A program made the translations under genes and the position numbers. A stretch of 64,000 nucleotides of DNA from Callorhinchus milii (Eukaryota). Under the pieces are notes generated by a model, which saw only the letters and a program-made list of their open reading frames with translations, had not been told where the DNA came from and made no database searches. Positions within the stretch are counted from its first letter, which is position 1, and each line of letters begins with the position of its first letter. Of the stretch, positions 13,401-27,749 are shown in pieces. The stretch covers positions 1,302,001 to 1,366,000 of the forward strand of contig NW_024704772.1 in the NCBI RefSeq assembly GCF_018977255.1. The letters are read 5' to 3'.

Positions 13401-15996
13401 TATACAGAAAAACAGTCAGAAGAACTCATTCCACCCTAACAAACTACCACAGCTTTCAAACTCCTGTCATTCACTCTAGTTTGAGGCCAAAAATCTGGAT
13501 TCAGTATTGTATTCTAGCAATTGGCTGCCGTGTTTCGTCACAAAATACACAAGTCACTACACTTTACAGTATATGCTGTAAAGCGCTTTGAGATGTCTTG
13601 AAGACGTGATAAGGCCCTAACATATGCAAGATTATTATTATACTGAAAGAAATGTTAGTTCAAATAAAACAGATTTAGTAATATGGAAATTATCACCACA
13701 GCTACGTTTCTTACATATCTCTACAAACAGGATAGCAAATGCAACAATGCTTTACATAACAAGTCTGCTATACTACACACAGAATGGTAGATAACGGTAG
13801 AAGTTAAAGTAATCCAATCAAGGAGTTCAAATGACACAACAAACCACAACAACAATACTCAAAGCAGTTTGGAAGAGTCATCTGAATCTCAAGATTAGAT
13901 TACATCATTGCAATTAGTCCTCCTTATCAGATATTTAATACAATTTATACTATTAAATATTTTAAACTAAGAAATTACAACCAGCGCAGAAGTGCCACAG
14001 TGCTTGGGCAGTTATAACAGGGCATTATTAACTTGTTTTTGTGACATAACTAAGGTTTAATGTTACCGTGATGTACAGGATTTATCCCAGAGATAGATCT
14101 GACCTCACTGAAGATTTTTAAAAAATATATTAACCTTGCGTTTCACCCACAAAATAGTCAATTCATTTACAGTATGTTCTGTGAAGCATCTTCAGACGTC
14201 TCAAAGACATGATAAGGCTCTAGTATTACCGCGCCTTATCATATCTTCTAGCCGCCTTAAAACACTTCACGAGGTATATTGTAAAGTGAATTGACTGTAT
14301 ATTTTGTGGTCAAAAATATACAGTCAATATATAAACCAAACTGCTTAGTTGTTTCTATTCCTGCACTAGCCACACGTGCCTCTCCTGCAATATGTCCTGT
14401 GTAATTAAACCTAGGAGTGTTAGTCTAATGACCTGGGCTGTATCAGATTTCAGCTGAAAGAATAAGGGATGTACAAACAAAAGCCAGAGAGCAATTCCAT
14501 CAATTATCCAAGCCTGATGAGCATGAGCTGGCACATGCCATCTCTGTAACAGTGCCACAACCTCCACAGAATACTTTGATGAGAAGCAGCTTTGAAATTC
14601 AATCCAGGCAACAGTCTGTTGTGTGCACTCAAAGAAAGATATCAATAATTAATTTACCCCATTCGTTTCCAGTAAGGCACAGACAGTTATTTTGGTGCAT
14701 AGAATAGCCATTTACTTTGTTCGCCAATGTATTCATTTAGAAGAGCCTAACATTTTCATGTGTGATAATCATTATATGCTCCCCTTTCCCCTCAAGACAT
14801 GGACTTATGCTGGTAGTTCGAAGAGTGCCAGTCACTCTGACACCTCCTTCAAGCGAGAAAGAGGTTAACAACGTATTGTTCAACAACAGTCTCATCTTGT
14901 CCCCACTCAACATGAACACACTTCAACTGGAGTCACTGGAGAGTAGATGGAAAGTCCGGCAGGTAAGGATAACGGCAGGATTTGAATGAGCTGGAGCTTG
15001 GTGGATATGTGGATGGTGCAGAGGTGGAGGCTGGCAAGAAGGGCATTTAAGTAGTCAATTTCAAGGCAATCACAGCTTAAATTACCCACCTTCTACTCCG
15101 CTCAGGACCCACTCTGTCTCTATGAAGCAATTTGAGACATTTTCCTACATGAAAGTGCTATACGCATGTAAGTTATTGTTGACCTTCCCTCCAAACAAAA
15201 TTCCCTGTTGAAGTCCTTCCCTCCCTTGAACAAAATGAAACAACTTTATTTTACAACTTCCAATCAAAATTAAAGCTGCATTACTCACAGAGCTGACGAT
15301 TTCCCATTTCCAACTGAGATGACAGGAAATCACATTTTATTTACTCTCATACGTTCAAATGATTTGAAGGAAACCTGAGGCAAACATCAACCAAATGCAC
15401 AACAAAGTATTACTGACATCAACCACTGCTGCTGAACACATCTGCAAAATAAATGGTAGATGTGCATTGACTATAGCTCTGCAGAAAAGGGACATGGAAG
15501 TTTTTTCTCTTTTTTAAGTATTGGATGAATGATAGTAATAGAATATTAATACTACAGTTCACAAAAATTATAAACATAACTGGGTCAGCTTCCCTCGAAG
15601 ACTTGGATTTTATGCGGTGAGAAGCAGTCAGAAGCCAGATCTGATTAACCTCCAGTCTACCATGGAGTTAATTTGGGCGGGTATTGTATAACGCAACACT
15701 ATTCTACTACTTGGGGTTAAGCAGGGGAAAAGTAACCAGACTTCTCACCCCTGATTACACTTCAGTAGCCCTCTGTTAGCCAGACATATCTTAGTTAAGA
15801 CCTGGATCAGACTCACCAGAGGCACTAGATCACTGCCATTTACTGAATCCTAAGATTTAACCCGTCAGAGGCAGGGAATTAATTTGCTAAAGATTTCAAT
15901 AACTGCAAGCCATACCCTTTTAGAGAAATCGGCTAGATTAATATTACCCTTTTAAATTAAGCATTCAGTTCCTTTTAGCACAATTGCAAGTTGCAG

Positions 15997-17012
15997 CTCT
16001 GTCCTCGGTCCCCTCTTCAGCCTCTACATGCTCCCCTTTGGTGACATCATCTGCAGACACGGGGTCGACTTCCATATGTACGTGGATGACAATAACTCTG
16101 CCTCCACTCTCGATTCCAGGACAACTGACACCATGACAGACTGTCTGTTTGACATCAAGTCCTGGATGAGAGCTAAATTTCTACAGCTGAATGTCAAGAA
16201 GCCTGAGGCTCTCTGATTGGCGCCTCAGCATCTCAGGCACTGGCAGCATCAGCATCCCTAGTTGACCACTCCACCTCACCAAGCCAGTTAGGAACCTGGG
16301 CGTCTTGTTCGACCTCAACTATCCTTGCTCCCCCATATCAATGCCATGACCCGCTCTGCCTTGCCCTACCTCCACAACATTGCCCAACTCCTCCACTGCT
16401 TCACCCTGCAGGCTGCCGAAACCCCCATACACACATTCATTCACCTCAAGGCTCGACTATGGAAACTCTCCTGTCGGCCTCTCCAACTCTTCCCTCCATA
16501 AGCTGCAGATCATCCAGAACTCTACAGCTCATGTCCTCCCAGCAGCAAGCTCTGTGACTCCATCACCCCCACCCTCGCCAGGCTCTACGTCACTCAAAGG
16601 ATAGAATTCAAAATCCTCGTCCTCACTTTCAAGGTCCTCCATGGCCTGCCGCCTCTTAGATCTCTGACCTGCTGACCCCCCATCAACCTGTCCTCTCACT
16701 CTGCTCAGCAGGGTCCGGCCTGCTCCAGGTGTCCCACCCGACCTGCCCTACCATCAGCGGCTGGGCTTTCAGCCTCTCTGCCCCCACTCTTTGGAACTCC
16801 ATCCCATAATCCCTTCACCTTGCTCCCTCTCTTGCCTCCTTCAAGGCACGACTCAAGACCCTCGTTTTTGACCCTGTCTTCAGCCACCCTCCTACCCCCT
16901 CTGCCCACCCTCATCCAAATCCTGCCCACCACGCTCGGGTCCTGATCCCTGACTATTCAACGCCTTGGGACGTCCTCCTGACATGAAAGGCGCTTTGCAA
17001 ATGTAATGTTGT
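15997..17012 (+). mobile_element. Decayed L2-clade LINE 3' portion (RT C-terminus and 3' UTR)
   Basis: Frameshifted ORF2 remnants: MLPFGDII.RHGVDFHMYVDD (YADD-like), DIKSWM..FLQLN.KK.E, FTSRLDYGNS, LHKLQIIQN. Tail gaaaggcgctttgcaaatgtaa. Confidence 0.85.
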
Positions 17013-20000
17013 GGTTGGATTAGAAAGGCCTTCAATGGATTGAAAATACTAGGGAGTTAATGGCACTCAGTTGCTGTTTTTTCTCTTCCACTACAACTAG
17101 TTTCAGTTCCGTTTCAAGATTATCAGTTCCATGCTGGACTAACGGCAAAATACAGAGGTGGAGGTAAAACTCACCAGCACACATCACTGCTCCAAACAGA
17201 CGAACCCACAGGATGCCACAGCAATGTGCGTCAGTTAGCTTACCACAGTGCTACTGCTGCAAGTTAACCATGGGTTTAGAAATTCCACAGGTTCCGAATT
17301 TTTGAGAATATGAAAAGAATCTTACCAACATGTTAACCTCCCTTTCTCTTTCAAATAGGAATTCTGTGCTGGATTTCAAGCATTATTGTTTTTATGAGAA
17401 TTTTCACACTGACCAAGTAGCTCCTCTACCTCTAATTAAGCAGAATGAAAGCCACACTCAATCATGAAGCAGTTGTATGTCTGCCATCAAGTCCACTATC
17501 TGCCAAATTATAATATCATTAGCTGCTAGTTTAATAATGGCCAAGTAGAAAAAGGTGATCATCGGGTAACAATTGAAGTAATTTAATAAGAGTGTAAAAA
17601 TATAATTACTTATACAAATGCTGTAAGACAAGGCTGTCTTGTTTCCTGCTTGGGGGACTGAAATCAATAGGCATTAGCATTGTGAAAACAAGAGACATAC
17701 ATGACCCTACATGAAAAGTAAAACAAACAGGCTGTATGCCTTATGATGCGTAGAAATATGATGAGTTTGAGGAGTTTACCAGCATCAATGGAAATAGAAG
17801 CTGCTGTTTTTGAGATACAAATTTCATACCCTATTATTTTATTTAATCTAGAAGACGTGAAAAGTGCTGTACCAAATGCAAGGATCATTTATATATTATA
17901 TTTTAAAACCCACCATTACACATGGTTTCTCTTTCCATCTCAAATCAGATATTGCATAAACAGTGGTGGAAAAAGGTTGTGAATAAAGTTTTATATTCAT
18001 CCCAGCCTTCTCGAGTATCAAATATTTCAAGCATGCAAAGAACACTGCTTGACCGCACACAACAAACTAGGCCTACAGCTAAATAAGGGTAATGAAAACC
18101 AAATGCTATGACATTCAAGGACTTCTCTCATACAACTTTAGGGCACTAGCTACTTTTATTTAGCAATGAATTAGTTAGTCTGTGATGCGTTCACCCTTTT
18201 GGGGCCTTAGCACCCTACAGCAAACGAGGAAAAAAAATCAACTGAGATTTCCACTTTTGATCCCTAGTTAATGAGCACTACTGGAATCTGCAAGCGAGTA
18301 GATGTCTGGTGACGACCGAACAGGTTTGTCCTTTCAATCAAACAGCATTCGGAAACTCACACGTGTAGAATAAGCTTGATTGAGATATCAGAATGTGCTT
18401 CCACATATTCATACCCCAACAAAAGACTTCTGAGCTTTCAGAGAAGGGAGGGAGAAAAGCAGCAAAAAAATTCTCAATTGACTTTTTTTGTGTTCTACAC
18501 GTCAAGAGAAGAGTTCAAATTTGCCTCAAAGGAAATGGAGCCTCACTGTTCGTAGAAAACGCAGGCCATTGGCTTGTGCTTCCCTTCCTCTCCCCACACA
18601 CCAAATCAGACAGCTGGAGCGTGGGTAGAAACAGTAAACAGTCATTTCCTCACAACGGCTCGAAATAAAAATGGAAAATGCATCCAGGCAAATGTCCAGC
18701 TCGCAATTAGTCTTTTAGTTTCCCTGCCAACCGATGTTTACACCTTTCTTTACACTGGAAGTACTGTAGTGTCCAGAACCAATTAGTGCAGGAAATCCCT
18801 CCCCCAACCCCACCATTGCACACTGCAATAATTCCTCATCACCCCAGAGCAAAACCATTACCATGACAACCAATGATGAGTTTAAATGTGCTCCGTGCTT
18901 TGTTCCAAGGCCAGGACGTAGCTTTACCAGAAACGGGGTGGTATTTCAGCAATGTACTGTGTTTAAGCTTTAAACAAAATCCAGTCATTTTTATACTTTT
19001 TAAAATGAAAGGATCATTAGTTATGTACAGATAACAACAACAACAACTTGGATTTATATAGCGCCCTCCACGCTGGACGGATAAGACATACAGATTCCGC
19101 TTTTAAAATAAAGTTGTTAAGAATTTACTACCAAAGGGTAGCAACTCCTGGGAGTAATATCACACTAAGTTTCTTTTTAAATATTAGCATTTTGTTCAAC
19201 AAAAGAGCCATGCAAACCAGGTGTAGAATTTATCTATTGCACATTTTTGTATACAGCCCCTGTGAAGCATTATGATCAAATTTAAATGTTGCATTTGTGT
19301 TAGTGAAGAGGATCAAATGAGATATTTGTTCAAAATAAAAAGCAATGAGGATATCAGTGCAAGTAAACTACTGAAACAAATCATAGTCCTACCCCACAGC
19401 ACAGCAAGTTAGAAAATAAATTGGACTGGACTATCCCAAACTGCCTTCCTTCAAATCTTGTGTATCAGATTTCTAAGCAAATTCTAGCTATAGAATTAGC
19501 CATGTTTCAATAATAGTAGTTCTCAGTATAGAAATAGTTTTTTTTGCGCGAGCCATCAGCAAACATTTTTCTAAATCATTTTTTAAAATTAATCCCAATA
19601 TGCACAAGACAAATTTAATACTGAGATATTGAGGCTCAATATTCAAATAAGTTAAATTAAACTACTACCCAACTGCATATGATCAAGAGCATGTAGCATC
19701 TACTGTATATTGATTCAAGAAAACATTTCATCTTATGAAGGAATAGACGCACATCAAAACATGTGATTCACATTAACATTGATTTGTGAAGACTTCAGCA
19801 TCATGTGTCAGAACGCTGCTCAAAACTGGGTCACGTCTGTGTGCTTTTCAACCAAACCCAAGGATAGAAAATAACGTAGTTTACCATTTTTACTGAAAAA
19901 TCCTTCTTATTTCAGAGATATTTCACACACTGAAAAGTTCTGAATCTTACTGGCTTTTTATCAATGCTATAAGCAACCATCACTTCAGACCTCAAGATGA

Positions 20001-21814
20001 TCTTACTACTCAATTAAAGTCTGGATGTAGAGCATAAATTGCATGTACACAAGTACTAAAATCATATATTCTTGCACAATACATGTGAAATACAATTATC
20101 CTGACAGTTTATCGTGCCCCCCACCCACCCCCCATAAAAGAACTTAAATGCACGGTAAACCAAATGGAAAATAACAAAAGAAAATTTAAATCACAAAAGA
20201 AATGCAATATTTTCCACATTTCCACTTTGATTTTGCTTTTCATTTTAAAAAAGTGTCATTGATATTCATTTTCACAAAATTCTTACATCCATGAATCATC
20301 CAAATGATACTCATTGCCTACAATTCCAGATTGGTCTTCAGTCTGTGGAACACAGGACTACTGTATATTGATTCATGCATCGCTGACCACAGTTATCCAA
20401 AATGAATTTAGGAACAAAATATACAATAAAATCACTTTGTGCCATCAGGAAAACATTACCATATTCAGCAATAGAGAGTTGCTTCATTCTGACAAAAAAA
20501 ATAGGAAACACGAAGGAAATCACCTGAAACTTTGTAAGCAATGATGTACCAGGAAACATCTGCTATTCGACAGGAACACAGACAAAGCTCCCATATTTTT
20601 ATGCACATTTTTCTCCAAATATCTCTTCCAGAACTTTTCACAAGTCACTATTTACAATTTAATGTGTAATTTTCTATTTGGTAAAATATTTAGCTAAGTA
20701 AGACATTTGAGAAAAAAAGAGGATGTTCATTTTGGAGAATGGTAAAGTGATCAACTACCAATCTACTTCCCATTCAAATAACAAGGCAGATTTACTCATC
20801 CAATAACGTCCTTGCTGTATCACAATGAGAAAGAAATGCCTTTACTAAGATTCCATGTACAATGGTGTCAGATTTTTAAAAAATTGAATTGAATAAGAAC
20901 AGGATTTCATAGATGTAATTGTGTCCATTGTGTCTAATAATTGAAACTGGCCACTGAAAGGTACAAGTCATCTACTGCCACCCATGACACCACATCATAG
21001 CATTAATCACTCACTTTTATGACGATAATAAAAATCCTTGCATTTAATATAGTGCCTTATCATGTTGTCAGGACACCTCAAAGCATTTCACAGGATTTAC
21101 TGTGATGTGTTGTAATTGTGTATATGCAGGCAATGCGGCAGCCAATTTGCTCACAGGAAGTACTTGAACATGCCTTGGTGAGAAATATTTGCTAATTCAT
21201 CTCGTACACGTGCTATACTTTGGTCAAATGTGCTGGATTTGGTCTGGCTGGCAGAATATGGACATTCTCCTCCCTCTCATACCTACTAAATCTTGTGATT
21301 TCTTTCCTACTTGCTTTGAGCAAATTATTGTTATTAATGGTTAATTTTAAACACCAGAACTGTAAAGTTCTGCTCAATAAATTCATGACTTGTGCCTTTT
21401 TAAGATCTCGATCAGTCACCTGGCATTGAAAACACCATTCCAGGGTAGCAGAGAATATTGAAACATCTACACGAGGTCAAGTGTAGCCAGCCTGTTTATA
21501 GACCAGCAAATTGCACAATTAATGTGCACGGCTTCCAAAGAGCAATTGTAATTATAAACATGAATATTTGTGTAGTAAGAATACAAAGTTCACTAAATCA
21601 GCGCCCTCCCATTTCATTCCCTTCTAAAATGTAGTTTGGGGGTTTCAAAGTACAAAAGTCTTAAATGCCTATTGGCTTGAAGTTAACCAGCAATAGTCCC
21701 TTTCAATTCATTTCTTTAATTTTACACCAACTCATAATTAGACGACACAAGAGGAAAAAAACAAAACCACTCCCACCAACGACGACAACTTGTACTAACA
21801 TAGCACCCTCCATG

Positions 21815-22125
21815 CAAGGTAGCATTTCAGAGCGCTTAACAGTGGTGGACCCTGACTCCGAGCTGAGCCTGTGGGGGGAGGGGGAGAAACCATAAACTGG
21901 GTCAAAAAAGGTTTTCAGGCAGGACTTGAATAAGGGGGCGAGAAGGGGCAAGGCAGAGGGATTGAGGGAGAGTGCTATACAGTTTCGGAGCATAGTGGCT
22001 GAAAGTGCGATCTCCAATAGTGGAGTGGAGGGCGCGAGGGACAAGCAGGAGGCCGGTGCCAGTCAAGCGGACGTGCGGGGGGATGGATTGGGGAGTGAGG
22101 AGGTCGAAGAGGTAGGGAGGTGCTA
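21815..22125 (-). mobile_element. L2 LINE 3' fragment
   Basis: Minus-strand translation ALSATMLRNCIALSL..ALPLLAPLFKSCLKTFFF resembles the L2 ORF2 C-terminus; L2-type tail at ~21815-21850. Confidence 0.7.
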
Positions 22126-24625
22126 TTACCTGGTAATAGTACCAGATTGTTATTACGAAAGGTTAATGGCTAGTTTGTATTTTTACTGTAGAAATGCATG
22201 ACTAATTAACATTCTAAATCCTTAGTGGGAAGTGTTGGAAGACAGTAAAGCACAAATGTCACAATGAGTTTTCTCCTACACACATCAAAGATAAGAATCT
22301 ACTTGTCATCTTGCTCTGGGTTAGGTCAGAGAAATAAAATTTAATTCCAGGTAAAGCAAACACTTAGTTTGAGTTTAAGTGAAAGATGGAAAGATCTGTA
22401 ACTCAACAAGGAATGGATGTTAGAGACATAGTTCCAAGGAGGAAAGATGAATATAGATAAAAAGGCTAAGTTAAATAGACTTTTCTCAATTCTTAGTTAC
22501 TAAGCCTGAAATTGCACTCAGAAATGAAAAACTCAGAAAAAACACTCTGGTTAATGACCTTACAACAGCTAATAATTCAACTACTTCCCATAGCATGTAC
22601 TCCTCCTGGCCAATTCTTCCCAATTTCTTTTAAATCCTCAGCATCCAAGATCTTAATTTGGTTTAAAAAATAACACGAACCTCAATCAGTTGCAAAATAA
22701 TCAATATATTACACAACACAATAATTCAAACTTTTTACATATTGTAATAACCCTAAGCCTAAATTCAGGGATTTATGGCTGAAAAACAGCAGAAGCTATG
22801 TCAGAAAGCTATGACATATTGTCAGGGAGCTGGTCACTGATCTGATTTGTGCAATCCTAGCTAAAGCAGCTTTGTCCGCTCTAAACGGGATAAGCAGCAG
22901 TGAAACAAGCTTTATCTGTCATGATCTGGAATGGATTAGACACTCTGTTGGACCCAGGAGCACATCAATGCAAATCGCAGCCAAACCATAAAGCGTACTT
23001 GTTAAACCCAGCACCACTTCTAAACAAACTGCCAATACGTTTCTGAGGCAGACTTTTAAGAACACACAGGAAATGTATGGGTTTAGTTGTTGGTCTCTAA
23101 AACAAATAACTATTCTTTAACTGCAATTTCTGCACTTTGTTCTGAGTCTACACTTTCAAAGAAACCATTAATAGCTAACCACTTTCACACCTTCTAGTCA
23201 AATGTTACAAGCCCAAAGATTACACAACAAAAATCTCCTCTTCCTCTTCTGAAGCAATCAAACACACTGATAGGGTTATCAACTCACACAACAGTGAGGA
23301 ACATCAAGCCTGAGCCTCAACCGCACCTCACAACTCTACAGTTATTATCCAGCAAGGATCACTGCATAGGACTAAAGAATGGTTCATTTTTGCCTTCCGT
23401 TTGCTATGGTCACTGAAGCCAATTGCATTGTTTCAACTGATTCCCTGGCTGGAATCAAAACCTTCCTAGAATTTCTGTCTCGGGTTTTACACTAGACAGC
23501 TGTGAATTTACCAACAAAACTATTAGGGAGCTGCAATATTTTATTGAAACATCAACAAGCCATTGCATGACAGTACAAGGATATTTAAGGCAAAAAAAAG
23601 TTAGAAAGCAACACTATAAGAAACACTAATGCTTTTTTTCATGTGTCAAGTAACCAAATCAGTAAACAATAAAGTACTGAAATTTCCTGCACACTAACCA
23701 TCAAATTTGCTAAAAAGGCTAAGATTATAGGGCAATCGGCTACTCACTTGCTAATAACTTTATGCGAATAGATGTTAAAACGACCTTACTTCAGATTTCA
23801 GTCAGAAGGTAGGAGGAAAGATAACTTCAAAAGAAACCACATTACAAGCAGCAAACGATAAAGGTCAGCCAACTCATGCACACCCAACTTACTTGAATGA
23901 AGGCACTTCATTTATCTGTAAACAAACATTTACAAGTTTCTATTCATTCCCAGTAGAACGATTACACATTTTTATTTTCAGGTTTCAAAAGTAAGTTCAA
24001 AAGACTAAACTATGCAACTGGTGTATGTGACAATGACTAACCTGAAAGCCTAACACTTCTACAGAACATACTTTAACCCTAATATTATTTCCAAGCAAAA
24101 ATCTGTTCCGATATAGAGGAACTCTCACTGAGTGGTTGAACTCCACAAATGTTAACAGTATATTTTGTTATCTCCCTCTCCCACAGAATCTCAGCAAACC
24201 TTTAATTCTAGAATATTGCATAGATTTTTTAATTAGTAGATCATAGATACATAGATAAACCTTTTTAACATTAAGCAAAACATCTCTGCTGCTGAATCTG
24301 ACAATCTGAACAAGATTACAACTCAGTGCAAAATAGTATTCATAACCAGGAGCACCAGAGCATAAAAATGTTATCCCACAAGATATCCAGCAATATCTCA
24401 TCAATTGTAATCTGAAGAGAATTCCAAAGTGTAGTCCTGCCTTCGGTGTATCTGTATTTGCTCAAATACAAACAACATCTTGCAGGGATTAAAACGTACC
24501 TTCCAGTCGCTCAGAAGAGGTTCTCTGGCTGAATTGAAGCGGTCTTTCAACCACGATATAGCACCACATACCAAACACACTGAGTTATGGCAGTTTCTGA
24601 GAACTGCGTCAAATGACTGAATATA

Positions 24626-25050
24626 GCAAAATACTGCAGATGCTGGAAATCTGAAAACAAAAGCAGAAGTCGCTGAAAACACTCAACAGGTCAGACAGCA
24701 TCTATGGAGAAAGGAAAGTGAGTCAACGTTTCGGGTCCATGACCCTTCTTCAGAACTAGGGCATTTGGGAGGGAGGGCTTTTAAGGGCTAATAAGAAAGG
24801 GGGGAGGCAGGGCAAGGAAGACAAAGGAGAAAATGGAGTAGCAAACCCATCATCCCCTGTTCTCTACCCCCTTTTCTCCTCTGTCTTCCTTGCCATGCCC
24901 CTCTCTCTGTTAACCCTTAAAAGCCTCTCCCTCCCAACATGCCCCAGTTCTGACGAAGGGTCATGGACCCGAAACGTTGACCCTCTTTCCTTTCTCCTTA
25001 GATGCTGCCTGACCTGCTGAGTGTTTCCAGCGACTTCTGTTTTTGTTTTG
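24626..25050. mobile_element. Penelope-like element: inverted terminal repeats, each with a minimal hammerhead motif
   Basis: Imperfect inverted arms of about 180 bp. Cores CTGAAGAAGGGTCATGGACCCGAAACGTT (minus, 24725-24753) and CTGACGAAGGGTCATGGACCCGAAACGTT (plus, 24950-24978). TGAATATA flanks both sides (24618-24625, 25051-25058). Confidence 0.75.
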
Positions 25051-27469
25051 TGAATATACTGGTATTTTGATTCTGGTGCTAATTTTATTGTGCATATTGA
25101 AACATTCCGAGTCCACAGCAAGCAACATAAATCTATTCTTCAGTCTGAATACATAGGTGTATGTATTCCAGTAATCTGCTGCCAGTACAGTGCTGCGACA
25201 CAGGAACAGAATATATAACATTGCACAACACTTAAATTCCCACGTGACCCACTCACTTACATTGTACTGCCTCTACTCCACTCAACAAGAAATATTAAGC
25301 AAGCATGCTGTCAAAAACGTATGCACGTTCACATCTAAACACCCTCTTAAAAAATTGAAAACCTGTACAATGTCCTGCTGAATAAGATTCTTCTCTCTCC
25401 CCCCTCCCCAACCACCTGAGGCAACCTTACGTAGGACACAACTAATGAAGTTTCACAGAGGGAAACACCAGATTCTCCCAGTAATCTATTGGGGGAATGG
25501 GGCAAGAATAAAATAACCAATTTACTGTATAGCTTTCACTTTGAAGTTTATCATCTTTGATGACGTTCCAGCACTCTGAGATACTCTCAAGTGTGAAGGA
25601 CCCCATATAAATGAAGTAGTTGTTATGTATGTGGAGGTTGGAAACAAAGGCTGGGAGACCACACAAATAATTAAAATCAATAAATGACAGGTATCAATCA
25701 AGCAGTTGCCCTTCCATTTAGTTTAAGATTTCATGCAACGTTCATCCACTTCAGAACGCTGAAAATAAAATTGATGGGAGTTTGGACTTTTGTGCTGGAG
25801 AAATTCTCGTGGAAAATCTCACGTTTGAGCGTTGGGACCTGCCGGATGGGCCTAAACAGCCTGTTCCAGTTCTGCACATTCCTGCATTACTAATTTACTT
25901 TTAAAAAAAAGTACATTTTTTGTGGACGTTCCGCTCTGGACATGACAAAGTGCTACATCGAATGCAAGGATTATTATTATAATTATTATGAATGAAAACA
26001 AAAAAATCGCAGTTTACAAAGCACTATGTTTACTGATGTAAATCCAAATTTAGTTATCACCTTCCTAACATGTTCAGACTGTATTTTTCTAAAAAAAAAG
26101 TGAACAGTTTAGGGAGATTCCTTCAATTACTAAGTGGCGTTTTCTACAGCAAAAAAGCACATGCAAATATCCACTCGCAGGGTTGGGAATCAGGATTGTG
26201 AAGCCATGTTTCCAACATCTGGATAAAAACAGCACAACATCAGTAATTTCATACCAATTAACTTACTCACAAATTCTTTCCCCCTGGTACCGTTTAGGTA
26301 AACATGCAGCTGTTTGGCCAAAGTTCCACTGCTGACAAAAATGACTTTTTTTTCCCCCCCAATTTCTTATCTCTGAACAGCACTGAAATCACAATGAATA
26401 TTTTCCCAAAGAAGCGGCGTATACCCAGTTCTCTGCCCTCGGCTGTGTCTGGTTCCAGTGGGGCCCTACAAAACCGTTTACTGGACGAACAAACACTGCT
26501 TGTACTTGGGCCAGTTTTAAAAAGCGTTCCTGGTGGAAAAAAAGAACATCAGAAAATCTATCCTCCTCCCCCCCCCCACCCCCTCCCCACCCCCCCACAT
26601 TGCTGCAGCCCGCTCTAGGGTATGGGGAAACACTTGGGGCTGTGTACGATTTGGGGACTAAACGAGTAAACCACTCACCCCGTTATACCAAAACGCAGGG
26701 CAGCATTTTTTTTTAAAAAAAATAAACTTTTTTTTTTGCCTCGTCTCAGATGAATGGTGTTTTGGTTCCCCCCCCCTTTCCCCCCCCCCCCCCCCAAAAA
26801 AAGGCAAAAATGTGTGTGTTTTTTTAATCTGGGCTCTTGGCTGTCCGTCTGTCGCACGAATAAAAACACACACACAACACACACACACACTTCAAGGGTG
26901 TTGTCCTCTTTGGATACCGTTTATTCCTCCGCACCACGATTGCTTATATTGACCCCCAAAGCTCCCCCCCCCCCCCCACCCCCTCCTCCTCCCCTCCACA
27001 CAGCAAGAAATAAATAAGAACTGAGCGCACTCTTCAGCCCTTCTTCTTTTTTTTTAAAAAAGGAAAAACATTAACGAGTCACGTTTTCCGACCTGAGCAA
27101 AAAAAAAGGGGAAAGGTGCAAAGATGTTGGCGACGGTATTAAAATGGTGACTCCCGGGGAGTGGGGGGGGGGGGGGGGCTCCAGTGTGAAGGGGAGGGGG
27201 GGATAAAAATGGTGGGGGGGGGGGGGTGAGAGCAACGGTAAAAAAAAATACAAACCAACCAACAAACCACCGAGAGACCAGAAGACACATGTGAATAATA
27301 AAACAAGACAACAACATGGTCTGAACCAGACAAACCCCCCCACCACCACCCCCCCACCCCACCACCCCACACCCCCCCCCCACCACCACCACCCCACCAG
27401 AAAAAAAAAGGGTCGTGAATAAGCCACCGTGTGGGCTTTTCTGCGAAATATTTTTTATACACACATATA

Positions 27470-27528
<59 letters not shown>

Positions 27529-27575
27529 TAAACGTCTGCGGTGATGAGGGTCACTAACGCCGTGTGTGTGTGTAC

Positions 27576-27749
27576 CTGAGCGGCCGCTGTGCCGGACACC
27601 CCGTTCTCTCCCGAAGTCAGCGCCGGCTCCAGCCTCTGCCGCTTCGCCTCAGCCCCCGCGGGATCTCCCGGCTCCTCGTCCCGCTTCAACCCCCGCAGCA
27701 TCCGCTCGGGGCCAAAGCCGCTACTACCAACCACCGCCTCCGCCGCCAT
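27576..27749 (-). CDS. First coding exon (58 aa) of a gene continuing left of the window; tentatively RBFOX-family RNA-binding protein
   Basis: ATG in a CpG island (gcccgATGGCGGCG) and phase-0 donor CAG|gtacac. RGLKRDEE...EAKRQRLE...Q resembles RGMKRESE...LSKRPRTE...Q of the long RBFOX2 first exon as I recall it. No RRM exon is visible in the window. Confidence 0.5.
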
